DNA of 64,000 nucleotides from an uncultured Planctomycetaceae bacterium (GTDB lineage: Bacteria > Planctomycetota > Planctomycetia > Planctomycetales > Planctomycetaceae). This document shows, piece after piece, positions 30,986 to 41,444 of this stretch (within the stretch, counting starts at the first letter, position 1; each line of letters begins with the position of its first letter). The position numbers were made by a program, and so were the translations under genes. The stretch covers positions 192,001 to 256,000 of the forward strand of contig CAWFGE010000007.1 of the NCBI GenBank assembly GCA_963815195.1. The letters run 5' to 3'. Under the pieces are notes generated by a model. The model was not told the DNA's origin. It searched no databases and saw nothing but the letters and a program-made list of their open reading frames with translations.

Positions 30986-32731
30986 ATGTTGCGATCCACG
31001 CCCGGACGAATCCTCATCGTCATCGGCCTTGTCTCGTGTGCGGGACTTGCCATCGGGGACAAACCCGCCGCGGAGAAATCGGGGCCCCGCCTCAAAACCC
31101 AGCGGCGGGAGCCCGCGGCCCTTGTCGTTCAGGGAAATTACCTGCTCGCGGCGAATCGGCAAAGCGGCACGATCACCGTCATCGATCGCAGCCGCGGAAC
31201 GATCCTGGCGGAACATGCCATCGCCGATCGGATTTCGGACGTGGCCTCCGTGCCCGGGGCTTCATGTCTGCTCGTCGTCGACGACCAGCGGCGGCAGTTG
31301 TTTTGCGTTCGTTGGGAAGAGGACCGACCCGCGGTTCGGAACATCGCTGAGCTGCCGATCGCCGGCTCCCAACTGGTTTTCGATGAAGACCGGCGAATCG
31401 CGTATATCACCGCGAAGTGGTCCCATCGGCTGTTGGCGGTGACGCTGAATGACGATCTGGAGCAAGCGGGCCCGATTCAATCGCTCGAACTTCCATTGGC
31501 TCCGCGGGAACTTTTGCTGCTTCCCGAACAGAAAACGCTGATTGTCGCGGACGCTTTCGGAGGACGCCTCGCCGTTGTGGATGCGGAGAAACTGGCTCTC
31601 GCAGGCGTTCGCGAAACCCAAGGCCACAACATTCGCGGCCTGGCTTTGAGTGCGGATGGAAAGAGCGTGTTGATCGCACATCAACAGATTCCGGACGGGG
31701 CCTTGGCGGATTACGAGGAAGTCCATTGGGGGCGGATGATCTCCAACGCGGTCGAAGTCGTGGGCATCTCCAAATTGATCAACGGCGACGACTCCAAGAC
31801 GGTTGAAGGCTGGCTGGACAGGTTCGGAGACGTGGGCAGTGCGATGGCGGATCCCAGCGGCGTGCTCGCCGGGCCGGGCGGTTTGACGGCGGTCGCGTTC
31901 TCGGGCGTCGGCGAAGTTGCGGTCGATTACAAGGGCTATAAAAAACGCATTCCCGTGGGAACTTTCCCCGCCGCAATGACGGCCGCGGGCGGCCGGCTGT
32001 ATGTCGCCAACCGCTTGGACGATTCGATCTCGGTCATCGATCTGAACCGCGGCGAGTTGATGCAGACGATTTCGCTCGGACCGCGGCCGCGATCCACCTC
32101 CGAGGAACGCGGCGAACGGCTGTTCTTTAATGCCAAGCTCTCCCACGATGGCTGGCTGAGCTGCCATAGTTGCCACACCGAAGGCCACACGTCGGGCCTG
32201 GTGGTGGACACGCTGGGCGATGGCGATTACGGTGCGCCGAAGCTCGTGCCTTCGCTGTTGGGGACGCGGGACACGCAGCCTTGGAGTTGGGACGGGAGTG
32301 CCGGCCTCCTCCGCGAGCAGGTGCAAAAGTCGCTCACCACCACGATGCACGGCGAACCCTTGTCCGCGCGGGACATGGAGGACCTGTTCGCGTATCTGAC
32401 AAGTCTGGACCCGCCCCCGCCGGCCGGTTCCGCTCCGAAGGAATTGATTCACGAAGGCCAAGGTGTATTTAAGGCCCAAGGCTGTGTGAACTGCCACGCA
32501 CCGCCGGCTTTTACGACGCCCGTCACAGTCGATGTCAGCCTGCTGGATGAGCACAAGCGGAGCCGATTCAATCCGCCTTCGCTCCGCGGCGTGAGCCAAC
32601 GCCAACGCTATTTCCACGACGGCCGCGCAAACCGTTTGGAAGATGTGCTCCTCAAAGTCCGCCATCAACTCGATGAACCCTTGGGCAAACACGACGCCCA
32701 AGCATTGCTCGCGTTCCTGCGGAGCTTGTAG
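30986..32731 (+). CDS. YVTN-type beta-propeller plus diheme cytochrome c (peroxidase/MauG-like C-terminus)
   Basis: LYVANRLDDSISVID, GERLFF..LSCHSCH, CVNCH and PSLRGV..YFHDGRA; N-terminal signal. Confidence 0.85.
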   Translation: MLRSTPGRILIVIGLVSCAGLAIGDKPAAEKSGPRLKTQRREPAALVVQGNYLLAANRQSGTITVIDRSRGTILAEHAIADRISDVASVPGASCLLVVDDQRRQLFCVRWEEDRPAVRNIAELPIAGSQLVFDEDRRIAYITAKWSHRLLAVTLNDDLEQAGPIQSLELPLAPRELLLLPEQKTLIVADAFGGRLAVVDAEKLALAGVRETQGHNIRGLALSADGKSVLIAHQQIPDGALADYEEVHWGRMISNAVEVVGISKLINGDDSKTVEGWLDRFGDVGSAMADPSGVLAGPGGLTAVAFSGVGEVAVDYKGYKKRIPVGTFPAAMTAAGGRLYVANRLDDSISVIDLNRGELMQTISLGPRPRSTSEERGERLFFNAKLSHDGWLSCHSCHTEGHTSGLVVDTLGDGDYGAPKLVPSLLGTRDTQPWSWDGSAGLLREQVQKSLTTTMHGEPLSARDMEDLFAYLTSLDPPPPAGSAPKELIHEGQGVFKAQGCVNCHAPPAFTTPVTVDVSLLDEHKRSRFNPPSLRGVSQRQRYFHDGRANRLEDVLLKVRHQLDEPLGKHDAQALLAFLRSL

Positions 32732-32734
32732 TTT

Positions 32735-32874
32735 CAGTCTTTCCAAATAACTAAAAAGGGCCGAAGGCCTGGTTTTGTTTTCAAGAGCCGCGCACGAAGT
32801 AAGCGGTTTTCAGGGACTCAGACAACGCAAGACCGCTTACTTCGTGCGCGGCTCAGGCATTTTTGGAAGTACTG
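32735..32874. mobile_element. MITE-like element family A, copy 2
   Basis: CAGTCTTTCCAAA ... same 22-bp palindromic core ... TTTTTGGAAGTACTG. Confidence 0.8.
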
Positions 32875-32952
32875 AATTTCGGAAGCTGCGCGAAATGTCA
32901 TGGGATGGAACTGGACGAACGATGTGCGTCGGATTGAATCCCCCCTCTCAAA

Positions 32953-33047
32953 GGCCCGCCCCGTTGGGGCTTGTTTTTCATTCTTCATCCGTACCCAGGG
33001 CGGCGCTGCGGTTGCCCCGGGCTGACATAGAGCCGTGCCTTCGGCCC
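32953..33047. repeat. REP-like cluster of short GC hairpins
   Basis: GCCCCGTTGGGGC, CCCAGGGCGGCGCTGCGGTTGCCCCGGG and GCCTTCGGC. Confidence 0.55.
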
Positions 33048-33191
33048 TAAATCCTTTTGGTGCAGGCATCTCGTCTGCGAATGTCGCGGGCACGGTTGCA
33101 CGACAATCACAGGACAATTGGAACGACTGAATTCCCTTGGCGGCTTGGCGAGAGAATTTTTTTTACCCCTCGACATTTGGAGATCCCTTTG

Positions 33192-34574
33192 ATGCCGACG
33201 CAATCCGATAACAACTTTTTCTCCCGGCGGGATTGGCTGAAGTGGAGTTCGTTGGTGCTCGCGGGCGGGACGTGGAGTGCCGGGGGGCAAACGGCATTCG
33301 CTCAACCCAAGCGGCAGGCGCGGGAGCTGCGGATTACCGAGATCAAGGTGACGCCCGTGGCCCTTCCCGATCCGCCGATTCTCGCGGCCAGCGGATGTCA
33401 CGGGCCGTACTTCTTGCGGAGCATCATCGAACTCAAAACCGATGCGGGCGTCGTCGGCGTCGGCGAGACCTACGGCAATCAAAGCCTGCTGAAAGAGTTG
33501 AATAAGAGCGTCGATTTGTTAAAGGGACGAAGTGCGTTTGCCTATCGCAGCTTCGCGGAACCGCTTGGAAAGTTTCATCCCGGCGTCTATGCGGGCATCG
33601 AGATGGCCTGCCTGGATGCGATCGGCCAGGCGACGAACTGCCGGGTCTGTGACCTTTTGGGCGGGCCGGTTCGCGAGGAAGTCGAGTTCGCCGCGTATCT
33701 GTTTTACCGCTATGCCGCGGACGATCCGCGGGTGCTGTCCGATCCGCGTCTGGTCGATAACCGCGGCAAAGGCGACCGGGCCCTCGATGCCTGGGGCGAA
33801 GTTCGCACCGCGGAAACCATGACCGACATGGCGGCCGCGTTTCGGAAGAAGTGGGGGTTTCGGGTTTTGAAGCTCAAAGCCGGCGTCTTGCCGGTCGATG
33901 AGGAACTCAAAACGATGGCGAGGATGGCCGAGCGGTTCGGCCCGAACGTGCCGCTGCGAATCGATCCCAACGCCCGCTGGACGGTGCCGACGGCAATCAG
34001 CGCCGGGAAGACATTAAAAAATGTCCCGCTGGAATACTACGAAGACCCGGTCTCCGGACAAAAGGGAATGGCGGAAGTCCGGCGGCAAACGGGTCTCAAA
34101 CTCTCGACCAATTCCTGTGTGAGCCGCTGGGAGCACATTGGCCCCGCCGTGAGGATCGAACCGATCGACGTGGTGCTCGGCGACATTTATTGGTTCGGGG
34201 GCCTGACGGGACTTCAAGCCCTGGGCAAAGCCGCCGAGAGTTTGGGCTGGGGTTTAAGCTATCACAGCAACAGTCACGCGGGGATCACGATGGCGGCGAT
34301 GATTCACGCGCTCGCCGCCACGCCGGAACTCGGCTACGCCGCCGACACCCATTACGTCTGGCTCGCCGAGGGCCAGGACATCATCGAAGGCCCGAATCTC
34401 ACGATCCAAAACGCCAGGATGCCGATCCCGGAAGGCCCCGGCTTGGGCGTTCGGCTGGACCCGGACAAACTCGCCAAGGCCCACGAAACCTACCAAAAAT
34501 CCGGCATGCGAGACCGCGACGACGCCAACACGATGCGAGTCTTTCAACCGGGGTGGAAACGGGAGTTGTTTTAA
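33192..34574 (+). CDS. Enolase-superfamily (glucarate dehydratase/mandelate racemase-like) protein with Tat signal
   Basis: SRRDWLK Tat motif; KLKAG, LRIDPNARW, YYEDP, STN, SYHSN and ADTHY. Confidence 0.9.
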   Translation: MPTQSDNNFFSRRDWLKWSSLVLAGGTWSAGGQTAFAQPKRQARELRITEIKVTPVALPDPPILAASGCHGPYFLRSIIELKTDAGVVGVGETYGNQSLLKELNKSVDLLKGRSAFAYRSFAEPLGKFHPGVYAGIEMACLDAIGQATNCRVCDLLGGPVREEVEFAAYLFYRYAADDPRVLSDPRLVDNRGKGDRALDAWGEVRTAETMTDMAAAFRKKWGFRVLKLKAGVLPVDEELKTMARMAERFGPNVPLRIDPNARWTVPTAISAGKTLKNVPLEYYEDPVSGQKGMAEVRRQTGLKLSTNSCVSRWEHIGPAVRIEPIDVVLGDIYWFGGLTGLQALGKAAESLGWGLSYHSNSHAGITMAAMIHALAATPELGYAADTHYVWLAEGQDIIEGPNLTIQNARMPIPEGPGLGVRLDPDKLAKAHETYQKSGMRDRDDANTMRVFQPGWKRELF

Positions 34575-34601
34575 CTCACTCAATCTTGAATACAATTCAT
34601 C

Positions 34602-34938
34602 ATGTGCACTCAACAAGAAACACGGCCGCCAACGAGAGAACGGCCTTTTCCGCGACGCTGCCGGCAATGCGGAGAGCAGAAAGTCGTCATGGCGACCGCA
34701 TCGTATGAGGCCGAATTTCGCCACGACGGCCGGCTTTAGACCTTCACTGTGCCGAATCTCGAAATCCTGATGTGTCAGGCGTGCGGCGCGAGGGTTTTTA
34801 CGGAACGATCAGATGCTCAAATCAACGATGCGCTTCGCGACCATTTGCATTTGCTCACGCAGGCAGATTCGTGAAGGGATCAAGCGGGTCAGATTATCAC
34901 AGAAAGAAATCGCGAAACGATTGGGGATCGCGTTGTGA
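34602..34938 (+). pseudogene. Decayed MqsA/YgiT-type zinc-finger plus HTH antitoxin
   Basis: RCRQCGEQ..HDGRL*TFTVPNLEILMCQACG..LHLLT, then a frameshift to QIREGIKRVRLSQKEIAKRLGIAL*. In-frame TAG at 34737; HTH truncated. Confidence 0.75.
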
Positions 34939-34966
34939 AATACAAATATCGCACGATCGGCGGGAT

Positions 34967-36631
34967 TTAGCGTTTTCGCAGCGCCCGGCCTGGGTGTTGG
35001 CCGGTGTGTTGGCCGTTGTCTAACACCAATTGGCCGTTGACGAGGACGTGGCTGATGCCTTCGGGGTATTGGAAGGGGTCGGTGTAGGCGGCGCGGGCCT
35101 GGATGGTTTCGGGATCGAAGATCGTGATGTCGGCGAAGGCGCCTTCCCGCAGGACGCCGCGGTCTTTGAGGCCGACTTTGGTCGCGTTCAGCGAAGTCAT
35201 TTTGCGGACGGCGTCTTCCAGGCGGAGCAGACCCAGCTCGCGGACGTAAACGCCCAGGATGCGGGGGAAGGTGCCGAAGTTTCGCGGGTGCGGATTGCCT
35301 CGCCGGAGCCGGCCGCTGATCGCATAGGCCGATCCGTCCGACCCCACCGAGCACCAGGGCTGCTGGAGCGCGAACGTCATGTCCTTTTCGGTATGGTGGG
35401 CATAGACGGTGCCGACCGAGCCGTTCTGTTCGATGAGGAACTCGAACAATTCATCGAGCGGGTCGGCGGCGGGTTTGTTCTTCAGGCGAATCTCCATCAC
35501 GCGGTCCATCGTCAGGCCTTTGAAGGTGTTGTTCGCGCTTATGAGCATTCGCGACCAGTCCTTGCCGACGGCGGTGTAATGGTTGTACCAGCCGGGCAGG
35601 CCTTCGTTGATGTCGCGTTTGAGCTTCGAGCGCAGGCTGGGAATCTTTGAGGCGTTTGAGGAGTTCCGCCGTGCCGCCTTCGTGGGCCCAAGGCGGGATG
35701 ATGCTCACCAAATTGTTGTTGCCGCGCGTGTAGGGATAGACGTTGGCCTGGACGTTGACGCCTCGTTTGCGGGCGTCTTCGATCAAAGCGACGACTTCGT
35801 TCATTCGGCCCCAATACTGTTGGTCCGCGATTTTGAGATGGATCACATCCACGGGAAGGCCCGCCTTTTCGCCGATCTCGATGGCTTCCTTCACCGACTC
35901 GAACACGCCGGTGCCTTCGTTGCGGATGTGGGTGGAATACAGCCCGCCGTGCCGGGCCGCGACTTTGGCAAGTTGGATGATGTCTTCCGTGGTCGCCAAG
36001 GAACCGGGCGGCATCATCACCTGGCTGGAAAGCCCCAAGGCCCCCTGCTGCATGGCTTCTTCGACCAAGTCTTCCATCTGCTGGAGATCATCCGCGGTCG
36101 GGCGCTCGAACGAGGTGCCCATTACGCTTTCCCAAACGTTATTGAGGCCGACGTAAGACGCGACGTTCGTGCTGATGCCCGGCGCTGGGCGGCGTCGAAG
36201 TAATCGCCCAACGTCGTGAGTCGGACGCTTTCGCCGTTCACATCCACGCGATGGCGAGGCAGCTTGTTCTGATAAGGCCCGGCGGAGTTGCCTTCGCCCA
36301 GGATTTCCGTCGTCACGCCCTGGCGGATTTTGCTCTGGGCGTCGCCGTCTTCCAGGAGCACAAAATCCGAATGCGAATGAATATCAATAAACCCCGGCGA
36401 GACAATCAAACCCTTGGCGTCGATTTCTTTCTTGGCGGTGCCGGGAAGATTTCGCTTCACGGCCACAATGCGATCGCCGTTCACGGCCACGTCCGCATAG
36501 AACCACGGATTCCCAGTCCCATCCACCACCCGGCCGCCCCTGATGATGAGGTCATAAGAATCGGCGGCATTGCCGAAAGCGGAAACGGCCATGAAGAGAA
36601 GAAACGCAATGAAGCGGGTAAGATGATTCAT
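34967..36631 (-). CDS. N-acyl-D-amino-acid deacylase (amidohydrolase) with signal peptide; several frameshifts
   Basis: YDLIIRGGRVVDGTG, PGFIDIHSHSD, YSTHIRNEG, GSDG..PHPRNFGTFPR and GAFADITIFDP across three ORFs. Confidence 0.92.
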
Positions 36632-36750
36632 AACTTTATCCAGGTGAGACAAACATTCCGAACGTTCTGAACGCACCGGATCAGTTTATCACACGTCCGC
36701 CATGAATTTCTTCCTCGCATCGTTGTAATCGAGCAGATTCGTCCTGCGGG

Positions 36751-38307
36751 TCACTTCGCCGATTCGGTCAAAGCGCGTTCGGCATCGGCAGGTTGAAAAT
36801 GATCCAACGGCCGGCCGTGGACGAATTGAGTTTCCTTGAGCAGCGTCCGCACGCCGGGGCGCGGCCGGCATTCCACCAGAAATTGGAACGCGAACAACGA
36901 CGGCCACATCTTCGCAAACAGCGTGCTGATCAAACCAAGGCAGCGTCCCCAGCGGCCGCGGACGACCGCCTCGAACGGCGGCCCCACGGGATGCATTCGC
37001 AGCACATCGTAGCCGCAGTCTTCCAACAGACGCAACAAGCTCTTTTTCGTGAACAGCCTTTTGTGCGTGATGTCGAGAATGCCCCGCTCCGCATAATTGA
37101 ACCGCCCGAAGCACAGGTTCAAGCGGATGCCCGCGAACGCCACGTTCGGCGTGGAGAGCACGAGCCGCCAGGTTCGATTGCGGCAGGACGCATCGAGATG
37201 CTCGTTCCGCAGCGCAATCAGAAAACCTTCGGGATCGCTGAGATGCTCGATGACGTCGAGCATCAAAGCCAGGTCAAACTCAAACGGATTGACGGGCAGC
37301 GGATCCATTTCGAGGTTCGCCGGGTGAAAGCCCGTCATCATGCCGGGCTGCGGCGGTTGGGCGTCGATGCCCGTGACCTGGCAGCCGAGGCGTTCGCATT
37401 TCTGGGCGACATGGCCGGGACCGCAGCCGATGTCGAGCACCCGCCCGGCTTTCTCCCGCTCGACGATGCCCGCGGCGATCGCGTGGGACGTGTAGTCTCC
37501 GAACGTCTTGTCGCGATACCGGCCGTTGTCCAGGTGGCGGAACTTCAGCGAGCAGGCCATGCCCATCTGGTGCATTTTGAACTGCAGCGTGGAGACGACG
37601 ACGTTCCAGGCATACCGCAGCCCGGGCACCCGGCAGACCTCGTCGCCGTAAAATGTGGGAATGGGAATCTCCGCGACCTGGGCTTTCACATAGGCGGCTT
37701 GCAGCAGGATCTCGGTATCGAAGTGGAAATCGTTGGAGTTCACCTCGAACGGAACTTTTTGTAGGAACGATGTGGAGAACGCCCGGTAGCCCGTGTGGTA
37801 TTCTTCAAGATCGAGGCCGGTGATCAGGTTCTGAAACCGGCTGAGAATGCGGTTCCCGGCGATCTTGTAAAGCGGCATTCCGCCCTGCCGGGCGCTTTTG
37901 ACCGAATGCATTCGCGATCCCAAAACCACGTCGGCTCCGGTTTCCTGCCAGGTCTCGATAAACCGCGGGAGCTCTTCGGGGGCGTATTGCCCGTCGCCGT
38001 GCAGCAGAACCACGAAGTCGAATCCGCCGTCGATCGCAATCCGATAGCCGAGCTTCTGGTTCCCGCCGTATCCCTGATTGTCGCTGTGCTGGACAACGGT
38101 GAGATTCGTCATGTTTTCATCGATAGCCCAATGGCGTAACGAGTCGGGGCCCTGATCGGTCGAGGCATCGTCCAGGCAAAGAAAATGCACATCGTCCCGA
38201 TTGAACAGCGACCGGGGCACCCGCGAGAAGACGTCGACCAAATGGCGCTCGGCTTCGTAGGCGACCACCAGAACCAGAATTTTGGAAGTAGGCACGGAAC
38301 AATCCAC
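36751..38307 (-). CDS. Bifunctional GT2 glycosyltransferase / class I SAM methyltransferase
   Basis: DDASTD, NQGYGGNQK and HGDGQY; then VLDIGCGPG and LDVIEHL. Confidence 0.92.
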   Translation of the reverse strand: MDCSVPTSKILVLVVAYEAERHLVDVFSRVPRSLFNRDDVHFLCLDDASTDQGPDSLRHWAIDENMTNLTVVQHSDNQGYGGNQKLGYRIAIDGGFDFVVLLHGDGQYAPEELPRFIETWQETGADVVLGSRMHSVKSARQGGMPLYKIAGNRILSRFQNLITGLDLEEYHTGYRAFSTSFLQKVPFEVNSNDFHFDTEILLQAAYVKAQVAEIPIPTFYGDEVCRVPGLRYAWNVVVSTLQFKMHQMGMACSLKFRHLDNGRYRDKTFGDYTSHAIAAGIVEREKAGRVLDIGCGPGHVAQKCERLGCQVTGIDAQPPQPGMMTGFHPANLEMDPLPVNPFEFDLALMLDVIEHLSDPEGFLIALRNEHLDASCRNRTWRLVLSTPNVAFAGIRLNLCFGRFNYAERGILDITHKRLFTKKSLLRLLEDCGYDVLRMHPVGPPFEAVVRGRWGRCLGLISTLFAKMWPSLFAFQFLVECRPRPGVRTLLKETQFVHGRPLDHFQPADAERALTESAK

Positions 38308-38358
38308 CCCATCGAAAAATCGGCAATTTGAAACCCGCCTCCTGCGAACGGCGTCGCC

Positions 38359-40023
38359 TCAGTGCATCGCGAGGGAGTTTTTATTTTTTGGCGGCTTTCC
38401 GGAGCACCCGCGAGGCGGCGGGAACTCGATGATCTGATTCATCCCCACCTGCCAATGCTGAAAGGAAGTCACGAGCGGCAAATACGGCCCCACGCGCCTA
38501 AGCGAGAAACTGTCGTCATCGTAACCCAGATAGACGACCCAAAACCGCGGCGCATCCCGGGTCTCGGTGCAGTCCAGAAACTCGCACCAGTTCTCGCGGA
38601 GGCTGTATTCAAAAATGTAGAACTTCGGCAGCACCAACAGCCGATAGCCGCCGATGTGGTATTCCCGAAAACCGCCCGGCAATTCCTTGACGGGGTTCAG
38701 TTCATCGCGGCCCATGTAATAATCCAAGACGTTGCGGGTCGCGTCGTCGACAATCACCACATCCGACGCGGGAATCCGCTTTTTGAAAACTTCGACCGTC
38801 TCGTGCATTCGGGCGATCGACATGGGAGTCTCAAATCGCAGCACGGGCATTACGCTGTGGGACACAATCCAAAACCCCATCATCAGCGTTCCCAGAACCG
38901 CGGTGAGACGCCGCTTGGGCAGATAGCATTGAGCAAGGCTGACGCCAATCGCCAAGGCGACAAACGGAATCACCCAAATGGAATGCCGGGTGGGACCGAA
39001 GGGATAAACCCGGGCACACAACAGCGCATTGGCGATGACGAACGGCAACAGCACAAGGAGCACCCGGCTGAACCGTTCCGAGACCGGCCGATGTTCTTCC
39101 CGCGCCGAGCGAACCAGGATCCAAGAGGCGTACCCCAAAGCCAGGGGCACCAGGAACCAGTAGGTCCCGAAGGTGAAGCTCATAAACTGGATCGTGCGGA
39201 CGAGCATGAGTTTGATTTCTCGTCCGAGGGGGGTCGATGCGTTAATGCCGCGGCTCCAGTAACTCCACATCGCGTCGCGGGTATCGCTTTTGACAAAGCC
39301 CCGCACGTGGCTGAGATAAAGCCACGCGCAAATGCCCAGCACAAACGTTTGGCCCGCCGCCCAACCGAGCGCGATCCGCCGCGGGATCTGCCCGCCCAAC
39401 ACGCGAACGGTGACCACGATCCCCAAGACGAGCGTGAACCACGGGGCGCTGTAATGCGTCAAGTTCGCCAAGGCCAGGCAGAGCGTCAGCCCCAAAACGG
39501 CTCGCAGCGAGGGCTTTTTCACGAGCCGTTCTTGGAAGTAGAGCGCCCCGAAAAACAGGCACAGCAAAAAGGTATAGCTTCGCATCACATGCGACAGGCG
39601 GATCATGGGCGGCGAAAAGGTGAGGAACACTAAACCTAATACCGCTGGCGTCCGCCCCGCGGCTTCGCGAATCCAGAAATACGCGATCAAGAGCGCCAAC
39701 ACGCCAAACACGAGCGAAGGCCACCTCATAAAGGCTTCCGACGTGCCTCCCTTGTTCCAGTAGTGGTAGAACAAAAAGATCAAGGGTGGATGCGTGTGGA
39801 TCTTGCTCGCCTCGTACGCCGACATCAAATCCGGCTCTTTGGCGACCTGGAAATGCATCGACTCGTCGAAGTCCAGATGAAAGGCCTCGAGCATCTGATA
39901 CCGCAGCACCGCGCCGGCCGCGAGGATCGCCACGATCAAAACCCACAGCCATTTCGAGGCGGAGCCATTGGCATCCGATGTTTGCATGCTGTTGAACCTT
40001 GTGGTGGAATCGGTTTCGGTCAT
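38359..40023 (-). CDS. GT39/PMT-like (GT-C) membrane glycosyltransferase
   Basis: LDFDES, HPPL..L, SEAFMRWPS, MRSY and LTHYSA; multi-TM. Confidence 0.85.
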   Translation of the reverse strand: MTETDSTTRFNSMQTSDANGSASKWLWVLIVAILAAGAVLRYQMLEAFHLDFDESMHFQVAKEPDLMSAYEASKIHTHPPLIFLFYHYWNKGGTSEAFMRWPSLVFGVLALLIAYFWIREAAGRTPAVLGLVFLTFSPPMIRLSHVMRSYTFLLCLFFGALYFQERLVKKPSLRAVLGLTLCLALANLTHYSAPWFTLVLGIVVTVRVLGGQIPRRIALGWAAGQTFVLGICAWLYLSHVRGFVKSDTRDAMWSYWSRGINASTPLGREIKLMLVRTIQFMSFTFGTYWFLVPLALGYASWILVRSAREEHRPVSERFSRVLLVLLPFVIANALLCARVYPFGPTRHSIWVIPFVALAIGVSLAQCYLPKRRLTAVLGTLMMGFWIVSHSVMPVLRFETPMSIARMHETVEVFKKRIPASDVVIVDDATRNVLDYYMGRDELNPVKELPGGFREYHIGGYRLLVLPKFYIFEYSLRENWCEFLDCTETRDAPRFWVVYLGYDDDSFSLRRVGPYLPLVTSFQHWQVGMNQIIEFPPPRGCSGKPPKNKNSLAMH

Positions 40024-40044
40024 CTGCTGCTCGGAAAATGGGTA

Positions 40045-40117
40045 ACCACGGAGACACGAAGGACACGGAGAAGTGATTTTTCTCGTTCTACCTCCGTGAC
40101 CTCCGTGTCTCCGTGGT
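40045..40117. repeat. Hairpin of CACGGAG-periodic arms with no cargo
   Basis: ACCACGGAGACACGAAGGACACGGAG matches the inverse of 40092-40117 at 24/26 positions; 21-nt spacer. Confidence 0.88.
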
Positions 40118-40154
40118 AAAACTCGGTTTTCGATCGGGTTACCGACTGAGATGA

Positions 40155-41363
40155 TTAGTTTTTGTTGGTCGAGGCGTGAAACACTTCCGCCGGGAAATGC
40201 CCGCGCCACAGGGCCAGCGCACGGCCGGCGTGGGACAGGAACGTGTAAAACCGCTGCACCTGGCTGGGGCTGAGTTCATCGATCGTCTTCACCAGCCACT
40301 GCCCGGCCCGCACGCGGGTCTCCAACGGCGGCAGGACTTCCGGCGGTGCGAACGCCCACCATTCCAAAGCATGGCCGGTCGCCAGAATTCGATCGGCCAA
40401 CGAACCGAGCGGCGATGTATGATCGGCGGGCTGCGGGCCGTCGGCTTCGTCGCCGGGCCAATCGCCTTCCCAGTAGCCGTCTTGATGCTGGTTCGCCACG
40501 AGCCGGCGGGTGGCATCCTGCAGATGGGCCACGACCCGCAGCCGGGCCTGAGGTGACAGCAAACCGTGCGTTTCATCCACCCGCAACAAGAGCGCGAGCG
40601 CATGCAGCCGATGGTTCCCAAAGCAGACCCCTTGAGCCAGCCGCTGCCGCATCACCCGGTCGGCCAGGCGTTCCCAGGTCATCTCCTGGCCTTCGCTCGT
40701 GTACCAGCGTTTGACGTGCGGCATGTAATGCAAATAGGCGACGAGCGACCATTCATATTCCAGTTGATTCAAGCTGAATCTTCGCAGCGAATCTTCCAAA
40801 GCGCCCCGCAGCGGCATCTCACCCTGGGGCGTGATGACCGGATAATCCAATGGCGTTCCGACTTCCGCCAGTCCCGCCAGGCTGTGATCGACGTGGCTCG
40901 CCGCCGCGTAGCCTTCCCGCGTTCGCATCGCGATCCGCCCCCGCATGTCGGGTATCAGAAACGGCTTCGTCTTCGGCCCCCAAGCCTCGGCAAACCGGCG
41001 ATGATCGAGCAACAACTCCCGCATCTCGATCCCCGAAAGACATTCGGGATCCTCGAACACCGCTTCAACTCCCCAAAATCGGAGCGCGTGATCGACGTGG
41101 TTGATCTTGGGCCGGTTGCCTCTGAGTCGGGGCGTGAGCTTTTCCAAAACCCGCTGAAGCTGCGCGTCCGAAATGATCGCCGGCTCATCATAGAGCGGGC
41201 GAATGCGCACCGGCTTCGTCGCGGGTTCGGGAAGAGTCCGCGGCGCGGTGAAATCCTGATACCGCCACGCCGCGGCTGCGATCAGACTGCCCAGCAACAC
41301 GACCTGCAAAGCACAAAACCCGATCACGTTTCGCCAAGTTGTTTTTTCAAGTGCCATAGTCAT
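40155..41363 (-). CDS. Membrane-anchored His-rich hypothetical protein with a QxxDGxW motif
   Basis: N-terminal TM; NHVDHALR, SHVDH, CFGNHRL, QHQDGYW, TGHALEW and LSHA. Confidence 0.7.
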   Translation of the reverse strand: MTMALEKTTWRNVIGFCALQVVLLGSLIAAAAWRYQDFTAPRTLPEPATKPVRIRPLYDEPAIISDAQLQRVLEKLTPRLRGNRPKINHVDHALRFWGVEAVFEDPECLSGIEMRELLLDHRRFAEAWGPKTKPFLIPDMRGRIAMRTREGYAAASHVDHSLAGLAEVGTPLDYPVITPQGEMPLRGALEDSLRRFSLNQLEYEWSLVAYLHYMPHVKRWYTSEGQEMTWERLADRVMRQRLAQGVCFGNHRLHALALLLRVDETHGLLSPQARLRVVAHLQDATRRLVANQHQDGYWEGDWPGDEADGPQPADHTSPLGSLADRILATGHALEWWAFAPPEVLPPLETRVRAGQWLVKTIDELSPSQVQRFYTFLSHAGRALALWRGHFPAEVFHASTNKN

Positions 41364-41444
41364 TTCGTTTTAATGAGATGCATGCGCAAACGCGCGAATT
41401 GGTTTTCCATCATGCGGATCGGGTGCCACCCCGTCGCTTCCATA

